Positions 28,116-38,117 are shown, numbered from the stretch's first letter. The stretch: DNA of 64,000 bases from Gemmatimonadota bacterium (GCA_041488455.1 JBGPPG010000004.1:143-64142); one strand, 5' to 3'. Made by a program: numbers and translations. The notes: generated by a model from the sequence alone, not told the origin.

Positions 28116-29894
28116 ATGCCGAGCCGCTACTTCCGCGCAATTGCGCTGGATTACGACGGTACGCTCACGACAAATGACCGGCCCGACGCAACGGTGCTCG
28201 ATGCCATCGCCGACGCTCGACGCGAGGGCCGACGGCTCATCCTGGTGACCGGGCGCATCCTGGCCGAGCTCGAGCAGGTCTTTCCGGAGGCGCGGGAGAG
28301 CTTCGACGCGATCGTGGCCGAAAACGGCGCCGTCGTCTGGCAGGCCACGAGAGGCGTGCGGACGGCGGCACTACCGGTGAGCGTGGCCCTCGAGGAGGCG
28401 CTCCGCGGACGGGGCATTCCGGTGCGACGCGGTCAGGTGCTGCTCGCCACCGCGGCCGTGTACGACCAGGCAATCCTGCAGGAGATCGCCCGGCTGGGGC
28501 TCGGGGATCAGCTCGTGCACAATCGTGCCGCGCTGATGGTGCTGCCGTCCGGAATCACGAAGGGGACGGGCCTCCTCGAGGCGCTGGACGACCTCGGCGT
28601 GTCGCATCACAGCACGATCGGCGCGGGGGACGCGGAGAACGACCACTCGCTTCTCGATGTCTGCGAGCTCGGGGTCGCGGTGGCCAATGCGGTGGATGGG
28701 CTCAAGGCGCGAGCCGATGTCGTCCTCGCCGAACCGGACGGGGCGGGTATCACGTCTCTCCTTCGAGGCGCGATCCTCCGCGAGGAGGTTCGCATACCGC
28801 CCAGGCGCTGGGAGGTCCGCCTGGGCACGCTCCCGGACGGGCGTGCGGCGACGGTGCCGGGGGCGCAGGTCAACGTGCTCATAACGGGAGGCACGCGGAG
28901 CGGAAAGTCGTGTCTTGCCGGGCTCTTCGCCGAGCGGCTGATGGCCCGGCGGTACTCAGTGTGCGTTCTTGACCCCGAAGGCGACCATCTGGGTCTGGGC
29001 CAGCTCCATGGCGTGATGACGCTGGGTGGCAACGAGCCGCTCCCCAGCGCCGAGCTGCTCCGGCGTATCCTCGGCCACGGTGTCGGGAGCGCGGTGATCG
29101 ACCTGTCGCTCAGGCCCGCTTCGGAAAAGCACGACTATTGCCGCCGGGCCCTCGAAGCCCTTGCCCGGGCACGCGAGGAGACGGGACTCCCGCATTGGGT
29201 GTTTGTCGACGAAGCGCATCTCCTGCTCGGGTCGCGGAATCCGCTCCTCCAGCCCGAGGATGTGCAGCGCGGCCTCTGCTTCGTGACCTACCGCCCTGGC
29301 GAGCTGGACTCCGCCACTCTGGAGGCGATCGACGTCGTGCTCACCACGCCCGGCACCGAGGCACTCGCGCTGGCGGATGCGCCGCTGCCTCCACGGCTCG
29401 CTGCTCAGGTCTCTCGCCCCGCACTCGAGCGGGAACTCGCCGGTCTGCCGCTGGGCTGGGCAGTCCTCTTCGATCGCGCGGGGCCGCGGCGTTTCGTGGT
29501 CGATCGCCGTACGAGCAGCCACATCCGTCACTGGCACAAGTACCTGCACGCTTCCCTGCCGCCGCATCAACGGTTCTTCTTCCGCGCGCCAACCTACGCC
29601 ACCGGCGTTGCCGCCGCGAACCTGGCGGAGTTCCACGACGCGCTGCTCCGAAGCCAGCCGGATGTCATCCGCCACCATGCGGCGTGCCGGGACTTCTCGC
29701 GTTGGCTCGGCGGCGTGATCCGGGACGACGATCTCGCGCGCGACGTCAGGGACATCGAACGGACGATCGAAGCTGGTGCGGACGTGGAGCTTCTGCGGCA
29801 GCAGCTGGTCGGCCTGATCGAGCAGCGATATCCGGAAGAGGGGCTGGATCAGGCGCCGGTCACTTGGTCTGTACGGCCTCGATCGCGATCGTGA
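28116..29894 (+). CDS. HAD-IIB phosphatase domain fused to a HerA/FtsK-like P-loop ATPase domain
   Basis: HAD motif I IALDYDGTL and motif IV GAGDAENDHSLL. Walker A ITGGTRSGKS and Walker B HWVFVDEAHLLLG. About 170 aa at the C-terminus have no recognisable motif. Confidence 0.8.
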   Translation: MPSRYFRAIALDYDGTLTTNDRPDATVLDAIADARREGRRLILVTGRILAELEQVFPEARESFDAIVAENGAVVWQATRGVRTAALPVSVALEEALRGRGIPVRRGQVLLATAAVYDQAILQEIARLGLGDQLVHNRAALMVLPSGITKGTGLLEALDDLGVSHHSTIGAGDAENDHSLLDVCELGVAVANAVDGLKARADVVLAEPDGAGITSLLRGAILREEVRIPPRRWEVRLGTLPDGRAATVPGAQVNVLITGGTRSGKSCLAGLFAERLMARRYSVCVLDPEGDHLGLGQLHGVMTLGGNEPLPSAELLRRILGHGVGSAVIDLSLRPASEKHDYCRRALEALARAREETGLPHWVFVDEAHLLLGSRNPLLQPEDVQRGLCFVTYRPGELDSATLEAIDVVLTTPGTEALALADAPLPPRLAAQVSRPALERELAGLPLGWAVLFDRAGPRRFVVDRRTSSHIRHWHKYLHASLPPHQRFFFRAPTYATGVAAANLAEFHDALLRSQPDVIRHHAACRDFSRWLGGVIRDDDLARDVRDIERTIEAGADVELLRQQLVGLIEQRYPEEGLDQAPVTWSVRPRSRS

Positions 29895-30513
29895 TCTCCA
29901 CCTCATTGCCGATCACCGGACCGGCGGCCAGCCACTCGTTCCAGATCATGCCGTAATCGCGCCGATCGATCACCGTGCTCGCATCGAAGGCGATGCGCGG
30001 GTGCCGGTCGGGATCCACGGCGATCCCCCGAAATTGGCCCGTGAGGACCACGTGGTGCGCGCGCCCCTTGATCGTGAGAATCCCGCCGATCTCCACTGTG
30101 CTGTCGCTTGCCACAATGTCGGTGCTTTCGAAGGTCAGCGATGGGAAGCTGTCGACCGCGAAGAAGCGGGCGGAGCGGAGATCAGCATCCCGATAAGCGT
30201 TGCCCGTGCTGAGGCTGGCGGTCTGCGCCGACACGTTCACGGTGCCGTGCGTCCAATCCTGATCCTTCGTGACGATGATGCCATACCAGTCGGTGAAGGT
30301 GCCGCGTACCCGGCCGACCAGGTGCCGGACGCGGAAATCGATCTGGGAGTGCACGGGATCGATCACCCATTTCGTGCCGGTGACAGCTGGATGACCGGAG
30401 GCACGGGGAACCGCCTGGGCCCTCGTGTGCGACGGCAGCGCGAGCACAAGTGCAGCGGTGACGAGGGCGCCCATACTCGCGGGGCGACGGATCATGCGGA
30501 TCATACGGATCAT
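29860..30513 (-). CDS. YceI-family periplasmic protein
   Basis: WVIDPVHSQIDFRVRHLVGRVRGTFTDW signature. Signal peptide present. Confidence 0.85.
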   Translation of the reverse strand: MIRMIRMIRRPASMGALVTAALVLALPSHTRAQAVPRASGHPAVTGTKWVIDPVHSQIDFRVRHLVGRVRGTFTDWYGIIVTKDQDWTHGTVNVSAQTASLSTGNAYRDADLRSARFFAVDSFPSLTFESTDIVASDSTVEIGGILTIKGRAHHVVLTGQFRGIAVDPDRHPRIAFDASTVIDRRDYGMIWNEWLAAGPVIGNEVEITIAIEAVQTK

Positions 30514-30534
30514 GGGGACCCCTTCTGGCGCCGA

Positions 30535-30936
30535 TCAGCCTGCGAGCCGGTGCGCGGCGAACGCCCGGACGATGTCGGTCTGGGAGATGACGCCTGCGAG
30601 CACGCCATCTGTCTCGACGAAGAGGCGGTGGACCTCTCCGTACAGCATGCGCTGCGCTGCCTCGCGCACGTCGGCATCTCCTGGAATCGTGAGCCCCGGG
30701 CGGGTCATCACGTCCTCCACCACCCGGTCTTCCCAGAGGCCGCCGCCTGCCATCAAGCTCTCGGCCTGGGCCTCGAGGATGTCCGTCGTCGACACAACGC
30801 CCAGGATCTTGCCGTGCCGGTCTACCACGGGAACGCCGCTGATGTGCGCGTCCGCCAACTCTTCCACCACATCGGCCAGGGTTTCGTCAGGGTGCACCGC
30901 CTGCACATCTCCGCGCATGAGGTCGGAGACTCTCAT
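30535..30936 (-). CDS. CBS-pair domain protein
   Basis: Two CBS repeats (GVPVVDRHGKILGVVSTTDIL and RLFVETDGVLAGVISQTDIV). Confidence 0.85.
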   Translation of the reverse strand: MRVSDLMRGDVQAVHPDETLADVVEELADAHISGVPVVDRHGKILGVVSTTDILEAQAESLMAGGGLWEDRVVEDVMTRPGLTIPGDADVREAAQRMLYGEVHRLFVETDGVLAGVISQTDIVRAFAAHRLAG

Positions 30937-33434
30937 GAGGCCACTCCTCCGGCTGCATGGGCGCGCCCGTCGGCCAGCCGATGGGTCACGGCCACCAGTG
31001 AATCGGGGTTCAGGGAAATCGAATCGATGCCGAGGCCGGCCAGGAATTCGGCGAAGTCGGGGTAGTCGCTCGGGGCCTGACCGCAGATCCCCACCTTGCG
31101 ACCTTTGCGGTGTGCCGCGCCGACCACCATCTCGATGAGCCGCTTGACACCGGGGTCGCGCTCGTCGAAGAGCGCGGACAGCAATTCCGAGTCGCGATCG
31201 ATGCCCAGCGTCAGCTGGGTCAGATCGTTCGACCCGATCGAGAATCCGTCAAACAGCTCGCCGAACTCCTCCGCGAGCACCACGTTGTTGGGAATCTCGC
31301 ACATCACATACACCTCGAGCCCGTTCCGCCCTCGTGCCAGGCCGTTGCGGTCCATCTCGGCGAGCACCTTTCCCGCTTCGCCCAGGGTCCGGCAGAAGGG
31401 GATCATGACCGTCGTGTTGGTCAACCCCATGTCGTCGCGCACCCGCCGGATCGCCGCGCACTCGAGCGCGAAGGCCTCGCGGTAACGCTCATGGTAGTAA
31501 CGGGAGGCGCCCCGGAAGCCGATCATGGGATTCGCCTCGGTGGGCTCGAACGCTGCCCCGCCCAGGAGCCCCGCGTACTCGTTGGTCTTGAAGTCCGAGA
31601 AGCGGACGATCACCGGGCGCGGGTAGAACGCGGCAGCGATCTGCCCAACGCCCGATGCCAGGCGTTCGATGAAGAACTCGGCGAGGGGCGAGACGCCGCC
31701 GGTTCGCTCTTCGATCTGTGCCCGGATCGATCGATCGGTCACCCGCTCCGGGTGCAGCAGGGCCATGGGATGGACACCGATCCACGAGGAGACGACGAAC
31801 TCGATGCGGGCGAGCCCGACTCCGGCGCTCGGCAGTCTGGCGAGGTGGAACGCGCGTTCGGGATTCCCCACGTTCAGCATCAGGGGGACCCTTGGTGTCG
31901 GAAGCGTCGCCGGGTCCAGCTCGGTGTGATCGAACTCCACGCGTCCCTCGTACACACGCCCCTCATCGCCTTCGGCGCAGGAGACGGTGACGACGGCGCC
32001 ATCCGCGAGCGTCTGCGTGGCCGTGCCGGTACCAACCACGCAGGGAATGCCGAGCTCGCGCGACACGATCGCCGCGTGGCAGGTCCGTCCGCCCTCGTCG
32101 GTGATCACGGCGGCCGCGCGCGCGAGCACGGGCTCCCAGTCGGGATCGGTCATCCGCGCCACCAGCACCTCGCCGGGGCGGAAGCTCGGCAGCGCTGCCG
32201 GCGACCCGACGACGTGCACCGGGCCTGCGGCGACCTGGGTGCCCACGCTCCGGCCCTTGAGCAGGACCCGGCCGGTGCCACGGCGCCGAAACAGAGACAG
32301 CCGGGGTGACTCCTGGGAGTGGACGGTTTCGGGGCGCGCCTGCACGACGAAGAGCTCCCCGCTGCGACCGTCCTTCGCCCATTCGAGGTCCATGGGCGTG
32401 GGCCGCCCGGCCCGGCGAGAATAATGCTCCTCGATCAGCACCGCCCAGCGGGCGAGCTGGAGCACTTCATCATCGCTCAGGACGAGACGCCGGCGGTCGG
32501 CAGCCGCGACACGGACCTCGGTCACGGCCTTCGAGCCGCCTTCGGCGTATACCAGCTTGACGCCTTTCGCGCCGATCTCGCGTCTGATGACGGCGCGGAA
32601 ACCGAGCGCGAGTGTGGGTTTGTGAATCCAGAACTCGTCGGGGCGGACACGGCCCTGGACCACCGTCTCTCCCAGGCCCCAGGCTCCGCTCACCAGCACC
32701 ACATCCCGAAAGCCACTCTCGGTATCAAGGGTGAAGATGACGCCCGCCGATCCCAGGTCGCTGCGAACCATCTTCTGGACCCCGACCGAAAGCGCCACCG
32801 CACGGTGGGCGAAGCCGTTGGCGGTGCGGTAAACGATTGCCCGATCGGTGAACAGGGAGGCAAAGCAGGCGCGCACGGCGGTATCGAGCGCCGCGACCCC
32901 ACGGACGTTCAGATAGGTCTCCTGCTGGCCGGCGAACGAGGCGGTTGGAAGGTCCTCTGCGGTCGCGCTGGACCGGACGGCCACGTCGGTTGCCGGGTCC
33001 CCGTAACGCTTCGAGAGAGCCTCGTAGGCGGCGGTGAGCTCGGCCGCGACCGCAGCCGGTAGGGGCGCTTCGGCGATCCGCTGTCGAATCGAACGCGCCG
33101 TGACGGCGAGTTGCGCCACGTCGCCTGGATCCAAGGCGTCCAACTCACGGTAGATCTCGTCGGCAAGCCGGTTCTGAGAGAGGTGCACGCGGAACGCGTC
33201 GGCCGTGACGGCGAACCCGTCGGGGACCTGAATGCCCTTGGGGACGAGGGCATGCACCATCTCTCCCAACGATGCGTTCTTGCCGCCGACCTGCGCCACC
33301 TGGTCGAGCGTGATGGCATTGAACGGGATGACATACTTCCCGGAGGATGGGAGTGCGGAATCGCGTCGCACGGACGGCGCAGCAGCCGGGGTCGCCAAGG
33401 TCATCACTCGCTTGAGGCCGGCTCCAATAGTCAC
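30933..33434 (-). CDS. ppsA: Phosphoenolpyruvate synthase (pyruvate, water dikinase)
   Basis: VGGKNASLGEM N-terminus, phosphohistidine motif GGRTCHAAIVSRELGIPCVVG and a PEP-utiliser TIM-barrel C-terminus. The true start may be ATG 33404. Confidence 0.92.
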   Translation of the reverse strand: MTIGAGLKRVMTLATPAAAPSVRRDSALPSSGKYVIPFNAITLDQVAQVGGKNASLGEMVHALVPKGIQVPDGFAVTADAFRVHLSQNRLADEIYRELDALDPGDVAQLAVTARSIRQRIAEAPLPAAVAAELTAAYEALSKRYGDPATDVAVRSSATAEDLPTASFAGQQETYLNVRGVAALDTAVRACFASLFTDRAIVYRTANGFAHRAVALSVGVQKMVRSDLGSAGVIFTLDTESGFRDVVLVSGAWGLGETVVQGRVRPDEFWIHKPTLALGFRAVIRREIGAKGVKLVYAEGGSKAVTEVRVAAADRRRLVLSDDEVLQLARWAVLIEEHYSRRAGRPTPMDLEWAKDGRSGELFVVQARPETVHSQESPRLSLFRRRGTGRVLLKGRSVGTQVAAGPVHVVGSPAALPSFRPGEVLVARMTDPDWEPVLARAAAVITDEGGRTCHAAIVSRELGIPCVVGTGTATQTLADGAVVTVSCAEGDEGRVYEGRVEFDHTELDPATLPTPRVPLMLNVGNPERAFHLARLPSAGVGLARIEFVVSSWIGVHPMALLHPERVTDRSIRAQIEERTGGVSPLAEFFIERLASGVGQIAAAFYPRPVIVRFSDFKTNEYAGLLGGAAFEPTEANPMIGFRGASRYYHERYREAFALECAAIRRVRDDMGLTNTTVMIPFCRTLGEAGKVLAEMDRNGLARGRNGLEVYVMCEIPNNVVLAEEFGELFDGFSIGSNDLTQLTLGIDRDSELLSALFDERDPGVKRLIEMVVGAAHRKGRKVGICGQAPSDYPDFAEFLAGLGIDSISLNPDSLVAVTHRLADGRAHAAGGVAS

Positions 33435-33444
33435 CCACGCTCCA

Positions 33445-33471
33445 TGAAGGGGTGGTGAAGACGGCGAGAAG
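33445..33471 (-). promoter_or_regulatory. Phased CTTCA array (3 units) oriented toward ppsA
   Basis: The plus strand reads TGAAG (33445), TGAAG (33456) and AGAAG (33467), exactly 11 nt apart. Confidence 0.5.
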
Positions 33472-33508
33472 GAATCTTGGTGGCCGCCGGCGGATCGGCT
33501 CAGCCGAC

Positions 33509-33535
33509 TCTCACATCGCCTTCACGCCCGCTTCA
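33509..33535 (+). promoter_or_regulatory. Phased CTTCA array (3 units) oriented toward hsp20
   Basis: TCTCA (33509), CTTCA (33520), CTTCA (33531). Ends 79 nt before ATG 33614. Confidence 0.5.
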
Positions 33536-33613
33536 GGGCGGCAGAGCGATAGTGGTGATGCGTTGTGGTCGTCCAAGAGTCACTTTGCAGGTCACTGAGG
33601 CAAGGAGGTCAGC

Positions 33614-34057
33614 ATGAAGCTCACCAAAGCAGCGCCCACCGCTCTCGCCACCGTGCGCGACGATTTCGATCGGCTCTTCGACCGGATGTGGAACACGGGC
33701 GTGTTCGGAGCGCCACCTCGCGCATTCGAGACGATGTGGTCGCCATCGCTGGACTTCTCGGAGAACGAGAATGAGTACATCGTGCGGGTGGAAGCCCCGG
33801 GGATCCCCAAAGAGGATCTCGAGGTGAAGCTCGACGGGCAGAACCTCACGATTTCCGGGCGTCGGGAGTTCGAGAAGGAGGAGAAGACTGAGGAGTACTT
33901 TTGGCGGGAGCGCGAGGCCGGGAGATTCGTGCGCACCGTCCAACTGCCCGGCGCGGTTGAGCTGGCGAAGATCGCCGCAACCTATCAGGATGGAATCATG
34001 ACGGTCCGCCTGCCGAAGGCAGAGCCGGCCGAGAAGACCCGCATCCAGATCAAGTGA
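33614..34057 (+). CDS. Hsp20/alpha-crystallin small heat-shock protein
   Basis: Alpha-crystallin core (DFSENENEYIVRVEAPGIPKEDLEVKLDGQNLTISG...GIMTVRLPK). AAGGAGG RBS. Confidence 0.9.
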   Translation: MKLTKAAPTALATVRDDFDRLFDRMWNTGVFGAPPRAFETMWSPSLDFSENENEYIVRVEAPGIPKEDLEVKLDGQNLTISGRREFEKEEKTEEYFWREREAGRFVRTVQLPGAVELAKIAATYQDGIMTVRLPKAEPAEKTRIQIK

Positions 34058-34082
34058 TCACGAAGGGCGGCGGGAGGCCTGG

Positions 34083-35459
34083 TCACGACAGCGATCGGGT
34101 CCAGGCCTCCCGAAGGTCGCGCCCGGTATCGAGGTAGAGATCGTGCCTCGTCAGAGGTACGGCTTCGCCGCGACCGACTGGCGCCTTCGAGAGCAGGAGC
34201 TGCACCACGCTGATACGGCCGTCGGCGAATGCGGATGCGGATGCCGCGAGGTACAGCCGCCAGATGCGGAACGTCGCCTCGCCGACGAGAGCGACGGCCT
34301 CATCCGCGCGCGCCTCCAGACGGGCGAGCCAGTGGCGGAGAGTGAGCACGTAGTGCTCCCGCAGGCTCTCGACGTCGCGGGTTTCCAGTCCTGCCTGCTC
34401 GGCGGCGCCTACCACCTGCGCCAGGGGCACGAGCTCGCCGTCCGGGAACACGTATCGCTGAACGAAGCTGCCTTGACGCCACAGCCACTGCCGGAGCCGA
34501 TTCCCCGCGTCTCGGGGGCGGGCCAGCTCGAGGTCGACGATTCCGTGGTTCAGGAAAAGGCCTCCCGGCCGAAGCACTCGCGACGCTCTCTCGAAATAGT
34601 CTGGCAGGCGGCGTCCGCCGACATGCTCGAACATGCCAACGCTCGCGACCTTGTCGAAGGTGGGCCGATCGGAGAGGTCGCGATAGTCCAGGAGCTCAAC
34701 GCGACACCGGTCACTCAGCCCGTCCGCCGCGATTCGCCGTGAGGCCAGCCGGGCCTGCGCAGGACTCAGAGTGATCCCCAGCCCCTCGACCCCATAGTAG
34801 CGCACGGCGTGGCGGATGAGCGCGCCCCAGCCGCAGCCGATGTCCAGCAGCCGCTCGCCCGGGCGGAGGCGAAGCTTCCGGCAGATATACTCCAGCTTGG
34901 CGCGCTGGGCCGCTTCCAGATCCTCCATGCCCGGCGCGAAGTAGCCACACGAGTAAACGCTCTGCGAGTCCAGCCAAAGCCGGTAGAACTCGTTGCCCAC
35001 GTCGTAGTGGTGCCGAATCGCCGCCGCATCGCGACGGCGACTGTGCCGGCGACCCCCGGGCCGAGGCCCATGAGACACGGGTGATGCGGACGTCCGCTCG
35101 CGTGAGGGCAGCGCAAGGAGGAGGCGTGCCAGCCGGATGAGGCGGCCGGGAGAGGACAGGCGCTCGGCCACGATACGTGCGATGGGAGCGGCGGCCTCCA
35201 GGTTGCCATCGAAGTCGATGTCGTCGCGAAGAAAGGCCTCACCGAAGGCCAGCTCGGAGGGTGGGAGCAACATCGCTCGCAGGGCGCCGGGATGCCGGAT
35301 GAGAAGCGTAAACGGTCCGAAGGGACCCGCTGCGCCGGGTTCCCACGACCCGTCCCAGTAGCGGATCGCGAACGGACGCTGACTCGGCGGACCGAATACC
35401 TCTGTCGTGACCTGGCGCGCGAGGTCACTCTGTGACGGGGCGCTCAAGTACGTGGTCAT
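34083..35459 (-). CDS. cfa: Cyclopropane-fatty-acyl-phospholipid synthase family methyltransferase
   Basis: HYDVGNEFYRLWLD, SAM motif LLDIGCGWGAL and SVGMFEHVG. Confidence 0.88.
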   Translation of the reverse strand: MTTYLSAPSQSDLARQVTTEVFGPPSQRPFAIRYWDGSWEPGAAGPFGPFTLLIRHPGALRAMLLPPSELAFGEAFLRDDIDFDGNLEAAAPIARIVAERLSSPGRLIRLARLLLALPSRERTSASPVSHGPRPGGRRHSRRRDAAAIRHHYDVGNEFYRLWLDSQSVYSCGYFAPGMEDLEAAQRAKLEYICRKLRLRPGERLLDIGCGWGALIRHAVRYYGVEGLGITLSPAQARLASRRIAADGLSDRCRVELLDYRDLSDRPTFDKVASVGMFEHVGGRRLPDYFERASRVLRPGGLFLNHGIVDLELARPRDAGNRLRQWLWRQGSFVQRYVFPDGELVPLAQVVGAAEQAGLETRDVESLREHYVLTLRHWLARLEARADEAVALVGEATFRIWRLYLAASASAFADGRISVVQLLLSKAPVGRGEAVPLTRHDLYLDTGRDLREAWTRSLS

Positions 35460-35556
35460 TCTTGGCCTGGATCTCGGCGATGGGGTCGGCTGGAAAGTAG
35501 GGTCCGTTCCATGTCGAGAGCCCGAGATTTGTGTGAAACTCCCCTTACGCCGGGAA

Positions 35557-35584
35557 GGCTCACGGCGCTTTCACACTTCGCTCA
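35557..35584 (+). promoter_or_regulatory. Phased (C/T)TCA array (3 units) oriented toward the GGDEF gene
   Basis: GGCTCA, CTTTCA and CGCTCA, ending at 35562, 35573 and 35584. Lies 44 nt before ATG 35628. Confidence 0.4.
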
Positions 35585-35627
35585 TGCCGCCGGGTCGATC
35601 TTTCCCGGGCTAGCGAGGTCGAGCTCT

Positions 35628-36947
35628 ATGGCACACGAGCCTCCCGAATTCCATGCCGACTTCCGGGCAGTGATCGACGCGTCCCCTGACGCTGTGTTGA
35701 TCGTCGATCGCGCGGGCACGGTCGTCGCGCTCAATCGCCCGGCGGAAACGCTGTTCGCCGTCACGGGCGACCAGCTTCGGGGGCAGCCGGTTGAGACGCT
35801 CCTGCCCACACGCCTCCGGAGGGCGCACGCGGCAGCCCGCGCCGCGTATGCGGTTGCGCCCCTGGTGCGGCCGATGAGCGCCCGGAGCGACCTCGTGGGG
35901 CTACGGGCCGACGGAAGCGAGTTTCCCGTGGAAGTGTCGCTTGTGCCCGTACTCGGCTCCCCTGAGGGTCTGGTGATGGCGGTGGTGCGCGACATCGCCG
36001 CGCGTGGCCGGCTCGAAGCAGCGTTGGAGCGCGGCGACCGAGCGGCGGGGGCACTCGAGGCGATGCCCGACGCCATTCTGACGACCGACGCCGCCGGCGC
36101 GGTGGACTTTCTCAACCACGCGGCGGAGCAGCTCACCGGCCGGAGCCGCGAGGCAGCGCTCGGCCGACCCCTCCGCGAGGTCTTGCCGCTCGCGAGCGAA
36201 TCGAGCGGCGAACCGCTGGAGATCCCGGTGCCCCGGTGTCTCCGGGAGGGACTTCCTGCAGGCCCGCTCGAGGCGGTGTGGGCTGCGGGCCCCCGCCGCG
36301 AGAGACGGGTGCTCGACATTTCGGCGGCGCCGATCCGGGATCGGTCCGGCGCAGTCGTCGGCGCCACGGTCGTCGCGCGGGACGTGACCCGTGCGCAGAT
36401 GATCGCACGCGAGCTCTCGCACCAGGCGACGCATGACGCGCTCACCGGACTGGTGAACCGGGTCGAATTCGAGCGTCGCCTGGACCGCGCGCTGGCGAGC
36501 GCAGCGGAAGAGCACATCGAGCATGCGCTTTGCTTTCTTGACCTGGACGGGTTCAAGAAGGTGAACGACGCCCACGGCCATCTGGCGGGTGATGAGTTGC
36601 TGCGCCAGCTGGGCGGCGTGCTGCGTGAGCACATGCGCTCCCGGGACACGCTGGCGCGCCTGGGGGGCGACGAGTTCGGCATGCTGCTGGAGCATTGCAA
36701 GCTGCCGAAGGCCGGCCGGATCGCGGAGGGTATCCGGCGCGCGATCGGCGCCTGCCGGTTCAGGTCTGGCGCTGAGAGCTGCGCTCTGGCGGCCAGCGTC
36801 GGAGTGGTACCCGTCCGGGGGGACAGCGGGGGTGCGAACGAGGTCCTGCGCGCCGCGGACGCGACCTGTTACGCCGCGAAGCGGGGTGGGGGGAACCGGA
36901 CCGCGCTGCACGATCCAAAGCAGCGGCCGATGTTGCGTCGGGGCTGA
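35628..36947 (+). CDS. PAS-PAS-GGDEF diguanylate cyclase
   Basis: Two PAS-like modules, then HDALTGLVNR...GGDEFGMLL. Confidence 0.88.
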   Translation: MAHEPPEFHADFRAVIDASPDAVLIVDRAGTVVALNRPAETLFAVTGDQLRGQPVETLLPTRLRRAHAAARAAYAVAPLVRPMSARSDLVGLRADGSEFPVEVSLVPVLGSPEGLVMAVVRDIAARGRLEAALERGDRAAGALEAMPDAILTTDAAGAVDFLNHAAEQLTGRSREAALGRPLREVLPLASESSGEPLEIPVPRCLREGLPAGPLEAVWAAGPRRERRVLDISAAPIRDRSGAVVGATVVARDVTRAQMIARELSHQATHDALTGLVNRVEFERRLDRALASAAEEHIEHALCFLDLDGFKKVNDAHGHLAGDELLRQLGGVLREHMRSRDTLARLGGDEFGMLLEHCKLPKAGRIAEGIRRAIGACRFRSGAESCALAASVGVVPVRGDSGGANEVLRAADATCYAAKRGGGNRTALHDPKQRPMLRRG

Positions 36948-36950
36948 CGA

Positions 36951-37874
36951 TCAATCGCGACCGGCCTGGACGGGGACGACCAGTACCGGGTCCGTAGCGC
37001 CGCGAACCACCTTATCGACCACGCTGCCGAGCAGCAGCCGCTCGGCCCCGTGCCTGCCGGGCGTGCCCACCGCGATGGCTCCGCTGCCCAGTTTATGGGC
37101 GAGCGCAAGGATCTGAGCCCCAATACCCCGGGCGGCGACCACGTGCGTCGTCACCCCGACACCCAAGGTCCGCAGTCCCCCGGCAAGGCGCTCCAGGCTG
37201 GCCGTTGCTTCGGATTGCTGTTGCTCGATGAGCTCGGCGCCGATCGGGTTGGGATAGACGGTCAGATCATCGACGATCGGGACGGGCGGCTCGACAACTT
37301 GGACGAGCGAGCAGTGTGCTTCGTGGTATAGCGAGGCTAGGGCAGCGGCCACCTCGAGCACCTTCTGGTCAGCCGAAGACCCGTCGAGCGCCACCAGTAT
37401 GTGGCGAAAGTCCGTCCGTTGGGGCTGCTCCTTAGACCGGAGCAGCAAGACTGGCGTCGTTGTGCGCCGGAGCAGCCGGTCCGCCACGCTCCCGAGCCAG
37501 AAACGGCCAAGGCCGCTCCGGCCATGCGTGGTCATGACGATGAGCCCGATCTGTTTAGTGCGGGCGTAGTCAGCCAGCGCCTCGGCCGGTGGGCCGTCGA
37601 GCACGACGCCGGTGGCTTCCAGACCGTGGCAGGTGGCGACGGCCTCGGCCGTGATCGCGAGATAGGCGCGTACGCGCTGCTCCGCCTCACGCTCGATGCT
37701 CTTCGCGATCTCAGCGGGGACATGTGGATACCGGGGCGCCACCGGCTGCACAAAAGCGAGCTGGAGCGCTGCGCCGGCTCGCCGGGCCAGAGCGGCGGCC
37801 ACTGGAATGGCCTTCTCCGCAAGCGGTGATCCGTCGACCGGGACCAGCGTCGGGCTGAACCGCGAGGTCCCCAT
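36951..37874 (-). CDS. Tandem universal stress protein (USP)
   Basis: Two UspA halves (TTHGRSGLGRFWLGSVAD and GTPGRHGAERLLLGSVVD). Confidence 0.9.
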   Translation of the reverse strand: MGTSRFSPTLVPVDGSPLAEKAIPVAAALARRAGAALQLAFVQPVAPRYPHVPAEIAKSIEREAEQRVRAYLAITAEAVATCHGLEATGVVLDGPPAEALADYARTKQIGLIVMTTHGRSGLGRFWLGSVADRLLRRTTTPVLLLRSKEQPQRTDFRHILVALDGSSADQKVLEVAAALASLYHEAHCSLVQVVEPPVPIVDDLTVYPNPIGAELIEQQQSEATASLERLAGGLRTLGVGVTTHVVAARGIGAQILALAHKLGSGAIAVGTPGRHGAERLLLGSVVDKVVRGATDPVLVVPVQAGRD

Positions 37875-37881
37875 AGCTCTT

Positions 37882-38094
37882 CTACTTGTGGTCCTCGAGC
37901 AGGAAGGAGAGCTTCGCGTTCACGCGGAACTCGACGATCTTGTCTCCCTGGACGACGCCGTTGAAATTGTCGATCCAGATGCTCTTGATACCCCGTACGG
38001 TCTTCGCCGCTTCTTTCACGGCTTGCTGTGCCGCGTCGTCGAAGCTCTTCTCGGACTGGGCGATGACCTCGATCACCTTCACGAGCGTGCTCAT
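37882..38094 (-). CDS. Dodecin-family flavin-binding protein
   Basis: 70 aa. VKVIEVIAQSEKSFDDAAQQAVKEAAKTVRGIKS...FRVNAKLSF is typical of dodecin. Confidence 0.85.
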   Translation of the reverse strand: MSTLVKVIEVIAQSEKSFDDAAQQAVKEAAKTVRGIKSIWIDNFNGVVQGDKIVEFRVNAKLSFLLEDHK

Positions 38095-38117
38095 GGATGC
38101 CCTCCGAACCTATGGGG

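Noticed and set aside
35529-35576. The inverted repeat GTGTGAAA...TTTCACAC upstream of the GGDEF gene as a CRP/FNR-type site.
   Set aside because: The arms are separated by 30 nt, not 6. The right arm is better explained as part of the phased TCA array.
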